Shown: in pieces, positions 21,459-30,597 of the stretch
Layout: each line of letters begins with the position of its first letter
How positions within the stretch are numbered: the first letter of the stretch is position 1
NCBI GenBank assembly: GCA_023246195.1
Contig: JAHFIW010000005.1
Span: 1-46,874, forward strand
Direction: 5' to 3'
Source: a bacterium
GTDB lineage: Bacteria > Patescibacteriota > Patescibacteriia > SG8-24
Length of the DNA: 46,874 nucleotides
Notes under the pieces: model-generated
Database searches by the model: none
What the model saw: only the letters and a program-made list of their open reading frames with translations
What the model was told of the DNA's origin: nothing
Position numbers and translations under genes: made by a program

Positions 21459-22904
21459 ATGCAAAGCAATCGTTCCATCGGTGGCAGTGTGGCGGCCTCT
21501 CTTCTGTTTTTGGCCTCATTCGCCGTGGCCGCGAACGTTTTTGCGGCGAGCGGTTCCGTCACGGGACCTGCCGGAAAGAACGTCGTGGTTTGGCAGTGGA
21601 GCGACATCGCCAAGGCGCCAACCGACATTCGGAGTTTCCCGCCGTTCGACAATGGGGTCGGTGCAGGTTCCATTGCCGTGCACGACCTCGGCAGCGACGG
21701 CGTAGGCGAGATCGTGGTCGGTTCCGGGTTTGGCGTGCCGTCTTCGGTGCGCATCCTTCGCGCTGACGGTTCCAAGATTCTGGAGTTCGCGCCGTTCGAC
21801 AAGACCATGCTGCAAGGCGTGAACGTGGCCGTCGGAGATTTGGACGGCGACGGCAAGGCGGAGATCGCCGTCGGCACCGGTCCCGGCGCGGACGCGCGCG
21901 TGCGCGTCTTCGACGGCATGGGCAAGGAAAAAATCTTTCCGGGCGGACTGACGCCTTTCGCCGCCGACTTTCGAGGCGGAGTAAATGTGGCCATTGCCGA
22001 TCTCGACGGCGACGGCAAGTCCGAACTCATCACTTCGGCCGGCCCTACCGGAGGGCCGGAAGTGAAGATTTGGAACGGCGCCGGTTCGCTGCTCGGTGAT
22101 TTTTTCGCCTTCGACAATGCCCAGTCGCAGGGTCTTCACATTGCCGTCGGTGATCTCGACGGCGACGGCAAGGCGGAGATCGTCGCCGCGCTGGAAACGA
22201 ATTCTTTGGCGTATGTCCGCGTATTTTCGGGAACGAACGGCACTAAGGTGGGCGAGTTCATGTCCATCGGCGGCGGTTTCACCGGAGGACTCAATTTGAC
22301 GGTAGGTGATGTGAACGGCGACGGCAGGGCGGAGATTCTGGTTGTGCCGAACGGAGAAGGGGGTCCGAACGTTTTTGCCTACGACATGAAAGGCGATCCG
22401 CTCGGAAACTTTTTTGCCTACGATAAATCGTATCGTGGCGGCGTCCTGCTCGCCATTGGCAGGCTTGGAGGCAAAAAGCCGTCGCTCATCACCGTGCCCG
22501 CCGAACGCGCCATCGACGGTCGTCCGCAGTTCGCCAAGTACGTGACAGTCAGCGTGTCGGAGCAGCGTCTGCGCGCCTTCGAGTACGGCAAGCTGGTAAA
22601 GACCTTTCTTGTGGCCACCGGCATGAAGAAATATCCAAGCCCCATCGGCGACTTTTCCGTTTTGGACAAGCCGTTCAAGGTCAATTACAAGTGGAACTAC
22701 GGTTCGGGCAATCCCGATAATTACGATCTCGGTTGGGTTACCTGGAACCTGCGGTTTGCGCCGCACACTTACATCCACTACGCTCCGTGGCGCAAGGTGT
22801 TCGGCGTGCGCGGCAGCCACGGTTGCGTCAACGTCAACAAGACCGACGCCGAATGGATTTATGGCTGGGGTCAGGTGGGCATGCCCGTGACCGTGCAGCC
22901 GTAA
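21459..22904 (+). CDS. Secreted FG-GAP/VCBS-repeat protein fused to L,D-transpeptidase (YkuD) domain
   Basis: Signal peptide; five (V/I)AxxD(L/V)DGDGKAEI-like repeats; C-terminal VSVSEQRL...VATG...IH...SHGCVN. Confidence 0.88.
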   Translation: MQSNRSIGGSVAASLLFLASFAVAANVFAASGSVTGPAGKNVVVWQWSDIAKAPTDIRSFPPFDNGVGAGSIAVHDLGSDGVGEIVVGSGFGVPSSVRILRADGSKILEFAPFDKTMLQGVNVAVGDLDGDGKAEIAVGTGPGADARVRVFDGMGKEKIFPGGLTPFAADFRGGVNVAIADLDGDGKSELITSAGPTGGPEVKIWNGAGSLLGDFFAFDNAQSQGLHIAVGDLDGDGKAEIVAALETNSLAYVRVFSGTNGTKVGEFMSIGGGFTGGLNLTVGDVNGDGRAEILVVPNGEGGPNVFAYDMKGDPLGNFFAYDKSYRGGVLLAIGRLGGKKPSLITVPAERAIDGRPQFAKYVTVSVSEQRLRAFEYGKLVKTFLVATGMKKYPSPIGDFSVLDKPFKVNYKWNYGSGNPDNYDLGWVTWNLRFAPHTYIHYAPWRKVFGVRGSHGCVNVNKTDAEWIYGWGQVGMPVTVQP

Positions 22905-22927
22905 GCCGCGAAATGCGCGGCTTTTTT
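22903..22927 (+). terminator. Intrinsic terminator
   Basis: AGCCGCG-aaatg-CGCGGCT-TTTTT. Confidence 0.85.
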
Positions 22928-22932
22928 GCGTT

Positions 22933-22963
22933 AAAAAAACGCCTGTTATGGAAACAGGCGTTT
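22933..22963 (-). terminator. Terminator overlapping the stop codon of the glutamate-cysteine ligase gene
   Basis: Minus strand AAACGCCTGTT-tccat-AACAGGCGTTTTTTT. Confidence 0.7.
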
Positions 22964-23902
22964 GACGTAAGGTGCCTCTTCTTTGTAAAGCCGGTTACTC
23001 ACCAGCATGGCGACGATCGATTCGGTGTCGGTGCTCGCCCAGATTCCGCGAGCGGACATCATGAGCCGGTCTTCGATGGAAGCGGAGGAAATCATGCTGG
23101 GTTTCACTTGGCGGTCAATGGCCGCGCGCACCAGCATTCGCGTGAGGGCCACGAGTGACAGCGTGCGGTTGTACGAATTCTGCACGTCGCAGACTCGCAG
23201 CTCCACCGTGCCGAGCGGGTTGATGCGAACGCCCCACCAGCACATGCGCGGATCGTGGTAGAATCCGCCGTGCTGTGCGGCAATGGTGAATTCCCGCCAG
23301 CTGATCAGGTGCGGCGGAGCAACTGCTCCGGCCATTTGCTTGTACTTGAAATGCCGGAATGAAGCGTACTTGGTATCGTGGTAAAAGTACGGTGAACTGG
23401 CGGACAGCGCCAGAAACGTCGGCAGATGCTGTCGCAGGACGTTCATTGCCAGAATCGCTTCTTCGCGGTCGGCCAGACCGATGTGCACGTGCAAGCCGGC
23501 CACGTAAGCGCCGCTTAGCCTTTTGCCAAAACGGTTTTGCAGGTCGAGGAAACGCGGCGACGGGAAGACCGAAACCGAGTACGGTTTGGTCGGGATCGGA
23601 TCGCGAGAGAGCCCGACGTCGTATTTCTTGGCCAGCCTTTCCATGTCAAAAGCGTTAGCGCGCAGGGCAAGCTCCACTTCCTTCATGCTCCTGCAGACGG
23701 GCGTTACCGCCTCGATTTGCTGCGAGGGAAGTTCCGGCTTGAAGAACGGATACGCCTTTTCATGCCCATCCTTGAAGATGTGCGGGGCAAGCGGTGTCAG
23801 CAGGCCGCTTTCGCGGCGGACGGTCCAGACTTCTTCCTCGACCCCGATGCAGAGCCGGTTGGCGGGAGTGAAGCTGAACTTCGTGGCGAAGGGGTCGGTC
23901 AT
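22946..23902 (-). CDS. Glutamate--cysteine ligase family 2 (YbdK-like carboxylate-amine ligase)
   Basis: IGVEEE, QIEAVTPVC, GLHVHIG, LALSASSPY, WWGVR..GTVELRVCD; SD GAGG before ATG 23902. Confidence 0.88.
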   Translation of the reverse strand: MTDPFATKFSFTPANRLCIGVEEEVWTVRRESGLLTPLAPHIFKDGHEKAYPFFKPELPSQQIEAVTPVCRSMKEVELALRANAFDMERLAKKYDVGLSRDPIPTKPYSVSVFPSPRFLDLQNRFGKRLSGAYVAGLHVHIGLADREEAILAMNVLRQHLPTFLALSASSPYFYHDTKYASFRHFKYKQMAGAVAPPHLISWREFTIAAQHGGFYHDPRMCWWGVRINPLGTVELRVCDVQNSYNRTLSLVALTRMLVRAAIDRQVKPSMISSASIEDRLMMSARGIWASTDTESIVAMLVSNRLYKEEAPYVKRLFP

Positions 23903-23975
23903 TGCGCCTCTTGTCTGTGGGGCGAAAGGTGAAAGGAACTTCCTGTACCGTAGCGGCTTAGTGGGGGATACGCAA
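23903..23975 (-). promoter_or_regulatory. Promoter + weak boxA-like motif + SD
   Basis: TTGCGT-17-TACGGT-acaggaa-GTTCCTTTCA...AAGAGG-cgca-ATG. Confidence 0.5.
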
Positions 23976-24071
23976 CCGACGCCAGGCGCGACGAATGAAT
24001 TCGGGCAACGCTTCGGAAAAGATGGCGGTCGCAAAGGCTGCGGGCCTTCCTCTTCTCCGCTCAACCCAAAC

Positions 24072-24099
24072 AAAAAATCCCGACACGGAGTCAGGATTT
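24072..24099 (-). terminator. Terminator after tRNA-Val
   Basis: Minus strand AAATCCTGAC-tccgt-GTCGGGATTTTTT. Confidence 0.75.
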
Positions 24100-24101
24100 C
24101 G

Positions 24102-24178
24102 TGGTGGGCGGCAGAGGAGTCGAACCTCTGACCTTCACAATGTCAATGTGACGCTCTAACCAACTGAGCTAGCCGCCC
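24102..24178 (-). tRNA. tRNA-Val(GAC)
   Basis: GGGCGGCTAGCTCAGTTGGTTAGAGCG-TCACA-TTGACAT-TGTGA...GGTTCGACTCC..ACCA. Confidence 0.96.
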
Positions 24179-24283
24179 TCGGTCAATTTCTACAATGCAC
24201 ACATCTTACGAAAGTTCGGAAAAATAATCAACCCCTCATGGGCCTTGGGCCGAGAAAAATGGCTGCATGTGCGCCATGCCGTC

Positions 24284-24338
24284 TTGACGGCAGCGGCTTG
24301 AAGCTCTATAACGAGCAGGCATCAGATGGAGGCGGCAG
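24284..24338 (+). promoter_or_regulatory. Promoter + SD of cdd
   Basis: TTGACG-17-TATAAC ... GGAGG-cggcag-ATG; no boxA-like motif. Confidence 0.65.
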
Positions 24339-24827
24339 ATGAAAATGCACATTCCCATAAGCTTTGCGAAAGAGGACGACTTCAGGTGCGCCGCGGCGCT
24401 GCGGTCAGCCGCGCTTGGTGCGCGGCTCAACGCCTACGCGCCCTACTCCAAGTACATGGTCGGCGCGGCGATTCTCTCGGCGAGCGGTCGCATCTTCACC
24501 GGATGCAATGTCGAGTCAGCCGACTACGACGGTACGCATGCCGAGGAGGCCGCACTCGTCCGCATGGTCGGCGACGGCGAGCGTTCGCCCGTCAGGATCA
24601 TGGTCTTCGGGGGGCTCGAAGGCGCGCAGAAGCTCGTGAGCGTACCGCCATGCGGCAAGTGTCGGCAGAAGCTCTATGAGTTCGCGTCGCTCTCGGACAT
24701 CGACCTCCGCATCCTCGTGGACGATGCCCGCGGCAGTCTGGATTACGTCCTGCTTCTTTCCGAGCTCCTTCGTGCGGCATTCGGTCCCGCCGACATCGGC
24801 GTGGACCTGAAGAAATATCGCCGATAA
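24339..24827 (+). CDS. cdd: Cytidine deaminase
   Basis: AYAPYSKYMVGAA, GCNVE, HAE, PCGKCRQKLYEF. Confidence 0.93.
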   Translation: MKMHIPISFAKEDDFRCAAALRSAALGARLNAYAPYSKYMVGAAILSASGRIFTGCNVESADYDGTHAEEAALVRMVGDGERSPVRIMVFGGLEGAQKLVSVPPCGKCRQKLYEFASLSDIDLRILVDDARGSLDYVLLLSELLRAAFGPADIGVDLKKYRR

Positions 24828-24851
24828 GCCTGTCGCATGACGGGCTTTTTT
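24826..24851 (+). terminator. Intrinsic terminator
   Basis: AAGCCTGTC-gcat-GACGGGCTTTTTT. Confidence 0.8.
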
Positions 24852-24868
24852 CATAAAAAAGAACCCCA

Positions 24869-25600
24869 TCATTTGATGAGGCTCATGGTGCGCCTGAGCC
24901 AGCGTCTCACCGGCACGAAGTCTTCGGTGATGACGACCTTGCCCATGAACGGCGCGATCTTCGCGGCATCGGCATTGTCCTTGGCGATGCCGAGGCGCCG
25001 TTCCTTGAGATGTCCCAGGAACTTGTCGCCGCCGGAATCTCCGACTGCGATCAGGTTCTCGTGCGGGATGCCCTTCGAATCGGCGAAGTGCCGCGACCAC
25101 TCGCCCTTGTTCACCGGCAACACCAACGAGGCGTGGTCATAGCGGTGGAAGCGGCCGGTCTCCGGATCCGATTCGAGCGTGGCCGAATAGATGCTGTTGA
25201 CGAATCGCCGCGCACCGTTGGCATCGAGAAGTTTTTCGATGAACGGCGTCGCTCCGTAGGAGACGATCGCCGTCGGCACGCCTGAACGGTGCAGCCACTC
25301 GAGGCATTCTTTCGCGCCTGGACGCAGGGCTACGCTCTGCACGGCGCCGCGCGCGCGGTCGCGCGTCAGTCCGTGTTGGATGTAGGTGTCCAGCGTCTTT
25401 TTGAGCCAGTCCGCCTCTTCGTCGACGGTCAGCAGGCCCTTGACGGCCCTCCCGAGATAGTACTTGCGCAGTTTGACCATCTCCGCGTTCGCCTTCGGGG
25501 TGAGCGCGGCATTGTCGATGACCTGGCAAAGCGACCTGTTTTTCGGGATTAGCGTGCCGTCGCAGTCAAAGACGACCGCGCAGCGACTTGGGATACTCAT
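24869..25600 (-). CDS. HAD-IB family phosphatase (pyrimidine 5'-nucleotidase/PSP-like)
   Basis: VFDCDGTL, LRPGAKE, AIVSYG, NK, AVGDSGGD. Confidence 0.8.
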   Translation of the reverse strand: MSIPSRCAVVFDCDGTLIPKNRSLCQVIDNAALTPKANAEMVKLRKYYLGRAVKGLLTVDEEADWLKKTLDTYIQHGLTRDRARGAVQSVALRPGAKECLEWLHRSGVPTAIVSYGATPFIEKLLDANGARRFVNSIYSATLESDPETGRFHRYDHASLVLPVNKGEWSRHFADSKGIPHENLIAVGDSGGDKFLGHLKERRLGIAKDNADAAKIAPFMGKVVITEDFVPVRRWLRRTMSLIK

Positions 25601-25660
25601 GTGGCGTTCCTTTCAAAGAGCGTTCCGAAATAGCCTAACGGTGGAGACCTCAGTTTGCAA
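25601..25660 (-). promoter_or_regulatory. Promoter + boxA-like motif + SD
   Basis: TTGCAA-17-TAGGCT-atttcggaac-GCTCTTTGAAAGGA-acgccac-ATG. Confidence 0.7.
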
Positions 25661-26864
25661 GGACGGCGGCCGCTTGCGGCAGGGGGAGTGCGCTTTGCGG
25701 CGACACTCTTCCCAGCGACTTGCCGATTGTCGTAAGGACCATCTTCTCGGCTTCGATGATGCTGGTATTGGGGAAGCAGACGCGTGCTGTTTTGCGGGTG
25801 CCGTCCGGTTTGAGTCCGGCCATCAAACCGAGCGCGTCGGCATGCTTTTCGGTGGACACCAATGCGCAGATGCCGGCGACTTTGCCTGGCGCGTTCTCGG
25901 CTTCCTGTTCGTAAAGCAGGCCGACGATTTCGGCTTCGGGAGAATTCATGATCAGCTCGTCGATGACGTCGGCGAGGTGTTCTTCGGATGCGCCTGCATG
26001 GATGAAGTCCTGGCGAACGAGCAGCGACCAGGCCATCTTGAGGGTCGGATCGAACTTGAGACGCGCCAAGGTGCGGCCCCACAGCTTGAGCGTGGAGATG
26101 GAGCGCGTGCGGTACAGGCTCTGCACGATCTCATCGCGGCGCGCGCCGGCGGCAACGAGGGCGGAGGCGATGTCGAGCGTCTTCGGCGTGACGCTGGCGG
26201 TCTTGAAACTGCGCGTCTTGAAGATGATGCCGGCCAGCAGGCAAGTGGCCACGTTCTCGTTGAGGAAGTGCTCGCCGGTGGCCTTGAGCAGCGCGTAGAC
26301 GCACTCGGCGCTGGAAGTCGCGGTGATGTCGACGGCGTTGAAGTTGCCGTACTGCTCATTGGCCGCGTCGTGGTCGATGTTCAGCACCGGGCGATTATAA
26401 AAGAGTTCCGTGTTCGAGGAGAACAACGAGCCGAGCGCGCCGTAGTCCGGCGTGTCCAGGGAGATGATGCAATCGTACTTGAAGTCGGTGGTGGAGGTAG
26501 TCACGTCCTTGCCCTCGTAGCGTCCGCCGTCCTTGGCAGTGACCTGAATGCGCAGCTTGCCGTTCTCGATGTCGTATGACAGCTCGTCGATCTTGCTTTT
26601 GGACAGGTTCAGGCTGATGACGAACTTTTGCAAATGGCTGAAGGCGGGGAGGATGCGGTCGACTCCCGGCAGAAACTTGATCGACTTGGGCGCCACGAAG
26701 CCGTCGGCGATGACGTCCACGCGCTTGCCTCGTTTCTCAAAGAAGGCCGCCAGCGCGAGCGCCGAGGCGACAGCATCAACGTTCCACTCCTTTCGGAAGG
26801 TGATGAGCAGGTGCTTGCTGGCAAGCGCCGTTTCCATGAATTGTCGCTCCGGTGGAAGGGCCAT
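25650..26864 (-). CDS. DHH/NrnA-like phosphoesterase family protein (degenerate motifs)
   Basis: NVDAVASALAL, ISLDT, LNIDHD..NEQYG, ATCLLAGIIFKTRSF, L..AGA. Confidence 0.8.
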   Translation of the reverse strand: MALPPERQFMETALASKHLLITFRKEWNVDAVASALALAAFFEKRGKRVDVIADGFVAPKSIKFLPGVDRILPAFSHLQKFVISLNLSKSKIDELSYDIENGKLRIQVTAKDGGRYEGKDVTTSTTDFKYDCIISLDTPDYGALGSLFSSNTELFYNRPVLNIDHDAANEQYGNFNAVDITATSSAECVYALLKATGEHFLNENVATCLLAGIIFKTRSFKTASVTPKTLDIASALVAAGARRDEIVQSLYRTRSISTLKLWGRTLARLKFDPTLKMAWSLLVRQDFIHAGASEEHLADVIDELIMNSPEAEIVGLLYEQEAENAPGKVAGICALVSTEKHADALGLMAGLKPDGTRKTARVCFPNTSIIEAEKMVLTTIGKSLGRVSPQSALPLPQAAAVLAN

Positions 26865-26901
26865 AACGGCTGTGGCGTTTCGCAATTTCGATTAATGGAG
26901 A

Positions 26902-26983
26902 AACTTAGCCCGTTACAAAAGTACTGTCAACATTCGTTTGATGCGGCAAGACGCTTGCCACCACGCATTTCATCATTGATAAT
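26902..26983. promoter_or_regulatory. Divergent promoters for DHH gene and valS
   Basis: Minus TTGACA-17-TAAGTT (26930..26902); plus TTGCCA-17-GATAAT (26955..26983). Confidence 0.6.
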
Positions 26984-27010
26984 GAACATCTATTGATTTT
27001 CCCTCTTGAT

Positions 27011-29734
27011 ATGGCAAAAAAGACGTCCTTCGCTTCAGCAAAGAACCCTTCGCAGCCAGCCGAAGTTCCGCTGGAAAAAGCCTATGAGTCGCAAGGCGTC
27101 GAGGGCCGAATTTATGCGGCTTGGGAGAAATCCGGATACTTCAATCCGGACAAACTCCCCAGCCAGCTGACCAAAAAAACGGCCAAGCCGTTCACGATAA
27201 TGATGCCGCCGCCGAACCGCACCGGCATTCTTCATGTCGGTCACGCCACGGGCATCGCCTTGCAGGACATCATGATTCGCTTTGAGCGCATGCGAGGCAA
27301 GCGTTCGCTGTGGGTGCCTGGCACCGACCACGCCGCCATCTCCACGCAGGTGAAGGTGGAGCAGATGCTCATCAAGGAAGGCATTAAGAACCCGCGCGTC
27401 GAACTCGGTCGCGAAAAATTCTTGGAGCGCGTCATCGCTTTTGCCGAGGATTCCGGCAAGACCATCGTCAGCCAGACGCGCAGTATGGGCGCCTCATGTG
27501 ACTGGTCGCGCGAGGCGTACACCTTCGACTCGCCGCGCAACGCCGCCGTGGTCGAGATGTTCCGTCGCATGTCCGAGGACGGCATCATCGAGCGCGGTAA
27601 CCGCATCGTCAATTGGGACCCGCAATTCCGCACGACCCTCTCCGACGACGAGGTTCTCACCAAGGAAGTGAAGGCCAAGTTCCTCACGTTTTCATACGAC
27701 AAGAATTTTCCCATCGTCATTTCCACTACGCGTCCCGAAACCAAATTCGGCGATACTGCCGTGGCCGTACATCCCGACGACCCGCGTTACAGGAAGTTCG
27801 TCGGCAAAGCGTACGAGCCGGTCTTTTGCGGCAAGAAACTGCGCATCACGGTCATCGCCGACAAGGCGGTTGATCCCGCTTTCGGTACGGGAGCGCTCGG
27901 CGTCACGCCGGCCCATTCCATGATCGACTCCGAGATGGCCGAACGCCACGGCTTGCCGACGGTGCAGGTCATTGGCGAGGACGGTCGCATGAACGAGACT
28001 GCCGGGCCCGGTTACGCCGGCCTGACGGTCGCGGAGGCGCGCGAAAAAATCGAGAAGTCGCTTGCTGACGCCGGCCTGCTCCAGAAAGTCGAAGAAGTCG
28101 CACAGAACTTGCCCGTGGCGGAACGCGGGGGAGCGCCGGTCGAGCAGCTGCCGATGCAGCAGTGGTTCATTCGCGTGAACAAGCCGTTCAAGCTGCGCCA
28201 GAACACGCTCGGAAAATGGAAGAAGGGTCAGAAGGCCACGTTAAAACAGCTGATGGCTGAGGCCGTGCGCTCCGGTAAGACCGACATCGTCCCCGAACAG
28301 TTCAACAAGGTCTACTTTCATTGGATCAACAACCTCCGCGACTGGTGCATCTCGCGCCAGATTTGGTTCGGGCACCGCGTGCCGGTTTGGTACCGGGGCG
28401 GTGAACAGAAAGTCTCCGACGTTTCGCCGGGCAAGGGCTGGGAGCAGGACCCTGATACGCTCGACACCTGGTTCTCGTCCGGCACATGGACGTTCTCCAC
28501 GCTCGGCTGGCCAAAAAAGACACCGGACCTCAAGGAGTTCCATCCCACCGACGTCCTCGAAACCGGCCGCGACATCATCTTTTTTTGGGTGGCACGCATG
28601 GTGCTGATGTCCACCTATGCCCTAGGAGAAGTGCCGTTCAAGACGGTCTACCTTCACGGTTTGGTGCGCGACGAGCAGGGTCGCAAGATGTCCAAATCGC
28701 TCGGCAACGTCCTCGACCCGCGCGAACTGGCCGGCAAATACGGCACTGACGCCGTGCGCCTGTCGCTCATCATCGGCCTCTCGCCCGGCGCGGACACCAA
28801 GCTCGGCGAAGAGAAGATCGCCTCGTACCGCAACTTCACCAACAAGCTCTGGAACATTTCGCGCTTCATCTTGATGACTACCGGCGGCGTTCATGCGCCG
28901 AAGTCTCGTCCGCTGCCAAAGACTCTCGCGGATACATGGCTGCTCGGTCGCCTCGATGCGACGGTCGCGGCAGTCACGAAAGATTTGGAGACCTTCAGCT
29001 TTTCCCACGCCGGCGAAACGTTGCGTGATTTCACCTGGGGCGACCTCGCCGACTGGTACTTGGAAATCGCCAAGATCGAAGGCGGTAAAGACGCCGTGCT
29101 CTCGTTCGTGCTCGATGCCGTGCTCAAGCTCTGGCATCCGTTCATGCCGTTCGTGACCGAGGAGATCTATCAGCGTGCCTTCATCGGCGGCGCAAAAGCC
29201 AAGAAGGGCGCCGAGTTCCTGATGGTCATGCCATGGCCCAAGGCCAAGAAGTCCGACATGAAGTCGGTCGACAAGGACTTCGGCGTGCTCCGCGACGTCG
29301 TCACGTCGCTTCGTTCCATCCGCGCTACCTACAGGGTTGAGCCCTCCAAGAAGATTGACGCCACGCTGGTCAGCGCCAAGAGCGCCGCGTTGCTCAAAAA
29401 GCATGCCGTCGTCATCGCGAGCCTCGCGCGCGTGGAAAAACTCGATGTTCTCGCCAAAGGCAAACAGCCTGAGAAGACTGTCGGCGACGTGGTCAGCGGC
29501 GTCTCGGTGTTCGTTCCGCTTGGAGCGCTCGTCGATATGGGCGCCGAACGCGAACGCCTCGCCAAGGAGCTGGCCGAAATCGAGAAGTACGTCGAGTCTC
29601 TCGGACGCAAACTGGAAAATGCCGATTTCGTAAGTCGGGCGCCGGCACAAGTCGTGACGGGCGAGCGCGAGAAGCTCGCTGCCGCCAAGGACAAGGCCGC
29701 GAAGATCAAGGAACAGATTGCGGCGTTGGAATAA
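27011..29734 (+). CDS. valS: Valine--tRNA ligase
   Basis: PPPN.TG.LHVGH, PGTDHA, DWCISRQIWFGHR, DTWFSS, KMSKS and C-terminal coiled coil. Confidence 0.98.
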   Translation: MAKKTSFASAKNPSQPAEVPLEKAYESQGVEGRIYAAWEKSGYFNPDKLPSQLTKKTAKPFTIMMPPPNRTGILHVGHATGIALQDIMIRFERMRGKRSLWVPGTDHAAISTQVKVEQMLIKEGIKNPRVELGREKFLERVIAFAEDSGKTIVSQTRSMGASCDWSREAYTFDSPRNAAVVEMFRRMSEDGIIERGNRIVNWDPQFRTTLSDDEVLTKEVKAKFLTFSYDKNFPIVISTTRPETKFGDTAVAVHPDDPRYRKFVGKAYEPVFCGKKLRITVIADKAVDPAFGTGALGVTPAHSMIDSEMAERHGLPTVQVIGEDGRMNETAGPGYAGLTVAEAREKIEKSLADAGLLQKVEEVAQNLPVAERGGAPVEQLPMQQWFIRVNKPFKLRQNTLGKWKKGQKATLKQLMAEAVRSGKTDIVPEQFNKVYFHWINNLRDWCISRQIWFGHRVPVWYRGGEQKVSDVSPGKGWEQDPDTLDTWFSSGTWTFSTLGWPKKTPDLKEFHPTDVLETGRDIIFFWVARMVLMSTYALGEVPFKTVYLHGLVRDEQGRKMSKSLGNVLDPRELAGKYGTDAVRLSLIIGLSPGADTKLGEEKIASYRNFTNKLWNISRFILMTTGGVHAPKSRPLPKTLADTWLLGRLDATVAAVTKDLETFSFSHAGETLRDFTWGDLADWYLEIAKIEGGKDAVLSFVLDAVLKLWHPFMPFVTEEIYQRAFIGGAKAKKGAEFLMVMPWPKAKKSDMKSVDKDFGVLRDVVTSLRSIRATYRVEPSKKIDATLVSAKSAALLKKHAVVIASLARVEKLDVLAKGKQPEKTVGDVVSGVSVFVPLGALVDMGAERERLAKELAEIEKYVESLGRKLENADFVSRAPAQVVTGEREKLAAAKDKAAKIKEQIAALE

Positions 29735-29754
29735 GAAGAATTGCGGAAAAAGAA

Positions 29755-29788
29755 AAAACCGATCGGCCTTGCCGGTCGGTTTTGTTTT
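29755..29788 (+). terminator. Intrinsic terminator
   Basis: AAAACCGATCGGC-ctt-GCCGGTCGGTTTT. Confidence 0.8.
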
Positions 29789-29845
29789 GAGGGGTTTTTG
29801 TCGAGGCGACTTTGCGGCGCATGCCTCAAAATATCCAAGCTATCA

Positions 29846-29908
29846 TTGACAAAAGTCGATTTTCTGCTACCCTCGACTGACGAAACGCTCCTTTGAAAGG
29901 ACAATGAC
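29846..29908 (+). promoter_or_regulatory. Promoter + boxA-like motif + SD
   Basis: TTGACA-16-TACCCT (TG ext.)-cgactgacgaaac-GCTCCTTTGAAAGGA-caatgac-ATG. Confidence 0.65.
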
Positions 29909-30517
29909 ATGGACACGACGACAAGCGCCGTACGGACACTCTTGGTTTCTCGCGTGCCGCGCGACGGACAACGCGGCGAGGCCCTCATTTCCATGACCGT
30001 GGAGATGACTGCATCCGCCCTGCGCGGCACAAAGGCAAAGGCATTGAGTTCCATTCGCGACGACGTGCAAAAGGCCGTCCTCGCATCGACCGGATGCCGC
30101 GTCGAGAGGACGATCATGGATGACCCCAGGGAGCGGTTTACGCGGGTCGCCTATGGCGCGGACTATGCTGACTCCCTCGCCTTTCGCCTTAGGGAGAGGC
30201 ACTGGCCGCTTCTCGAGTCCGGTCTCGTCAAGGCATACGGCAATGCCTGGGGATCGGCCAAGGACGAGGTCTGGAACGCGCTCCTCACCGACGCCCGACC
30301 TTCTGGACTTACGGCCTGGACCGACGCGAATGAAGCCCCGCAGAACACGCCGGGCGAGAACCTGCTCACTGCGCTCTTCTACTTCGTCTCCTTCGCCACG
30401 CTTGGCGACGGCAACGGCATGGAATCGCTCGTGAACCTCGTCCGCCTGCTTCCCTCCGTCGTTCCCATCGGCGAATGGCGACACGGCAGCGGCCACTGGC
30501 TGGTTGCCCTGCGCTGA
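29909..30517 (+). CDS. Hypothetical protein (orphan, 202 aa)
   Basis: Own promoter, SD and terminator; no recognisable family. Confidence 0.7.
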   Translation: MDTTTSAVRTLLVSRVPRDGQRGEALISMTVEMTASALRGTKAKALSSIRDDVQKAVLASTGCRVERTIMDDPRERFTRVAYGADYADSLAFRLRERHWPLLESGLVKAYGNAWGSAKDEVWNALLTDARPSGLTAWTDANEAPQNTPGENLLTALFYFVSFATLGDGNGMESLVNLVRLLPSVVPIGEWRHGSGHWLVALR

Positions 30518-30523
30518 AACGGT

Positions 30524-30551
30524 AAGAGCCCCGTCATCGGGGTTCTTTTTT
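30524..30551 (+). terminator. Intrinsic terminator
   Basis: AAGAGCCCCG-tcat-CGGGGTTCTTTTTT. Confidence 0.85.
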
Positions 30552-30597
30552 AATGAGAGTTTCGCGTAAAATAGGAAAAAACTAAATCATTAAACCA

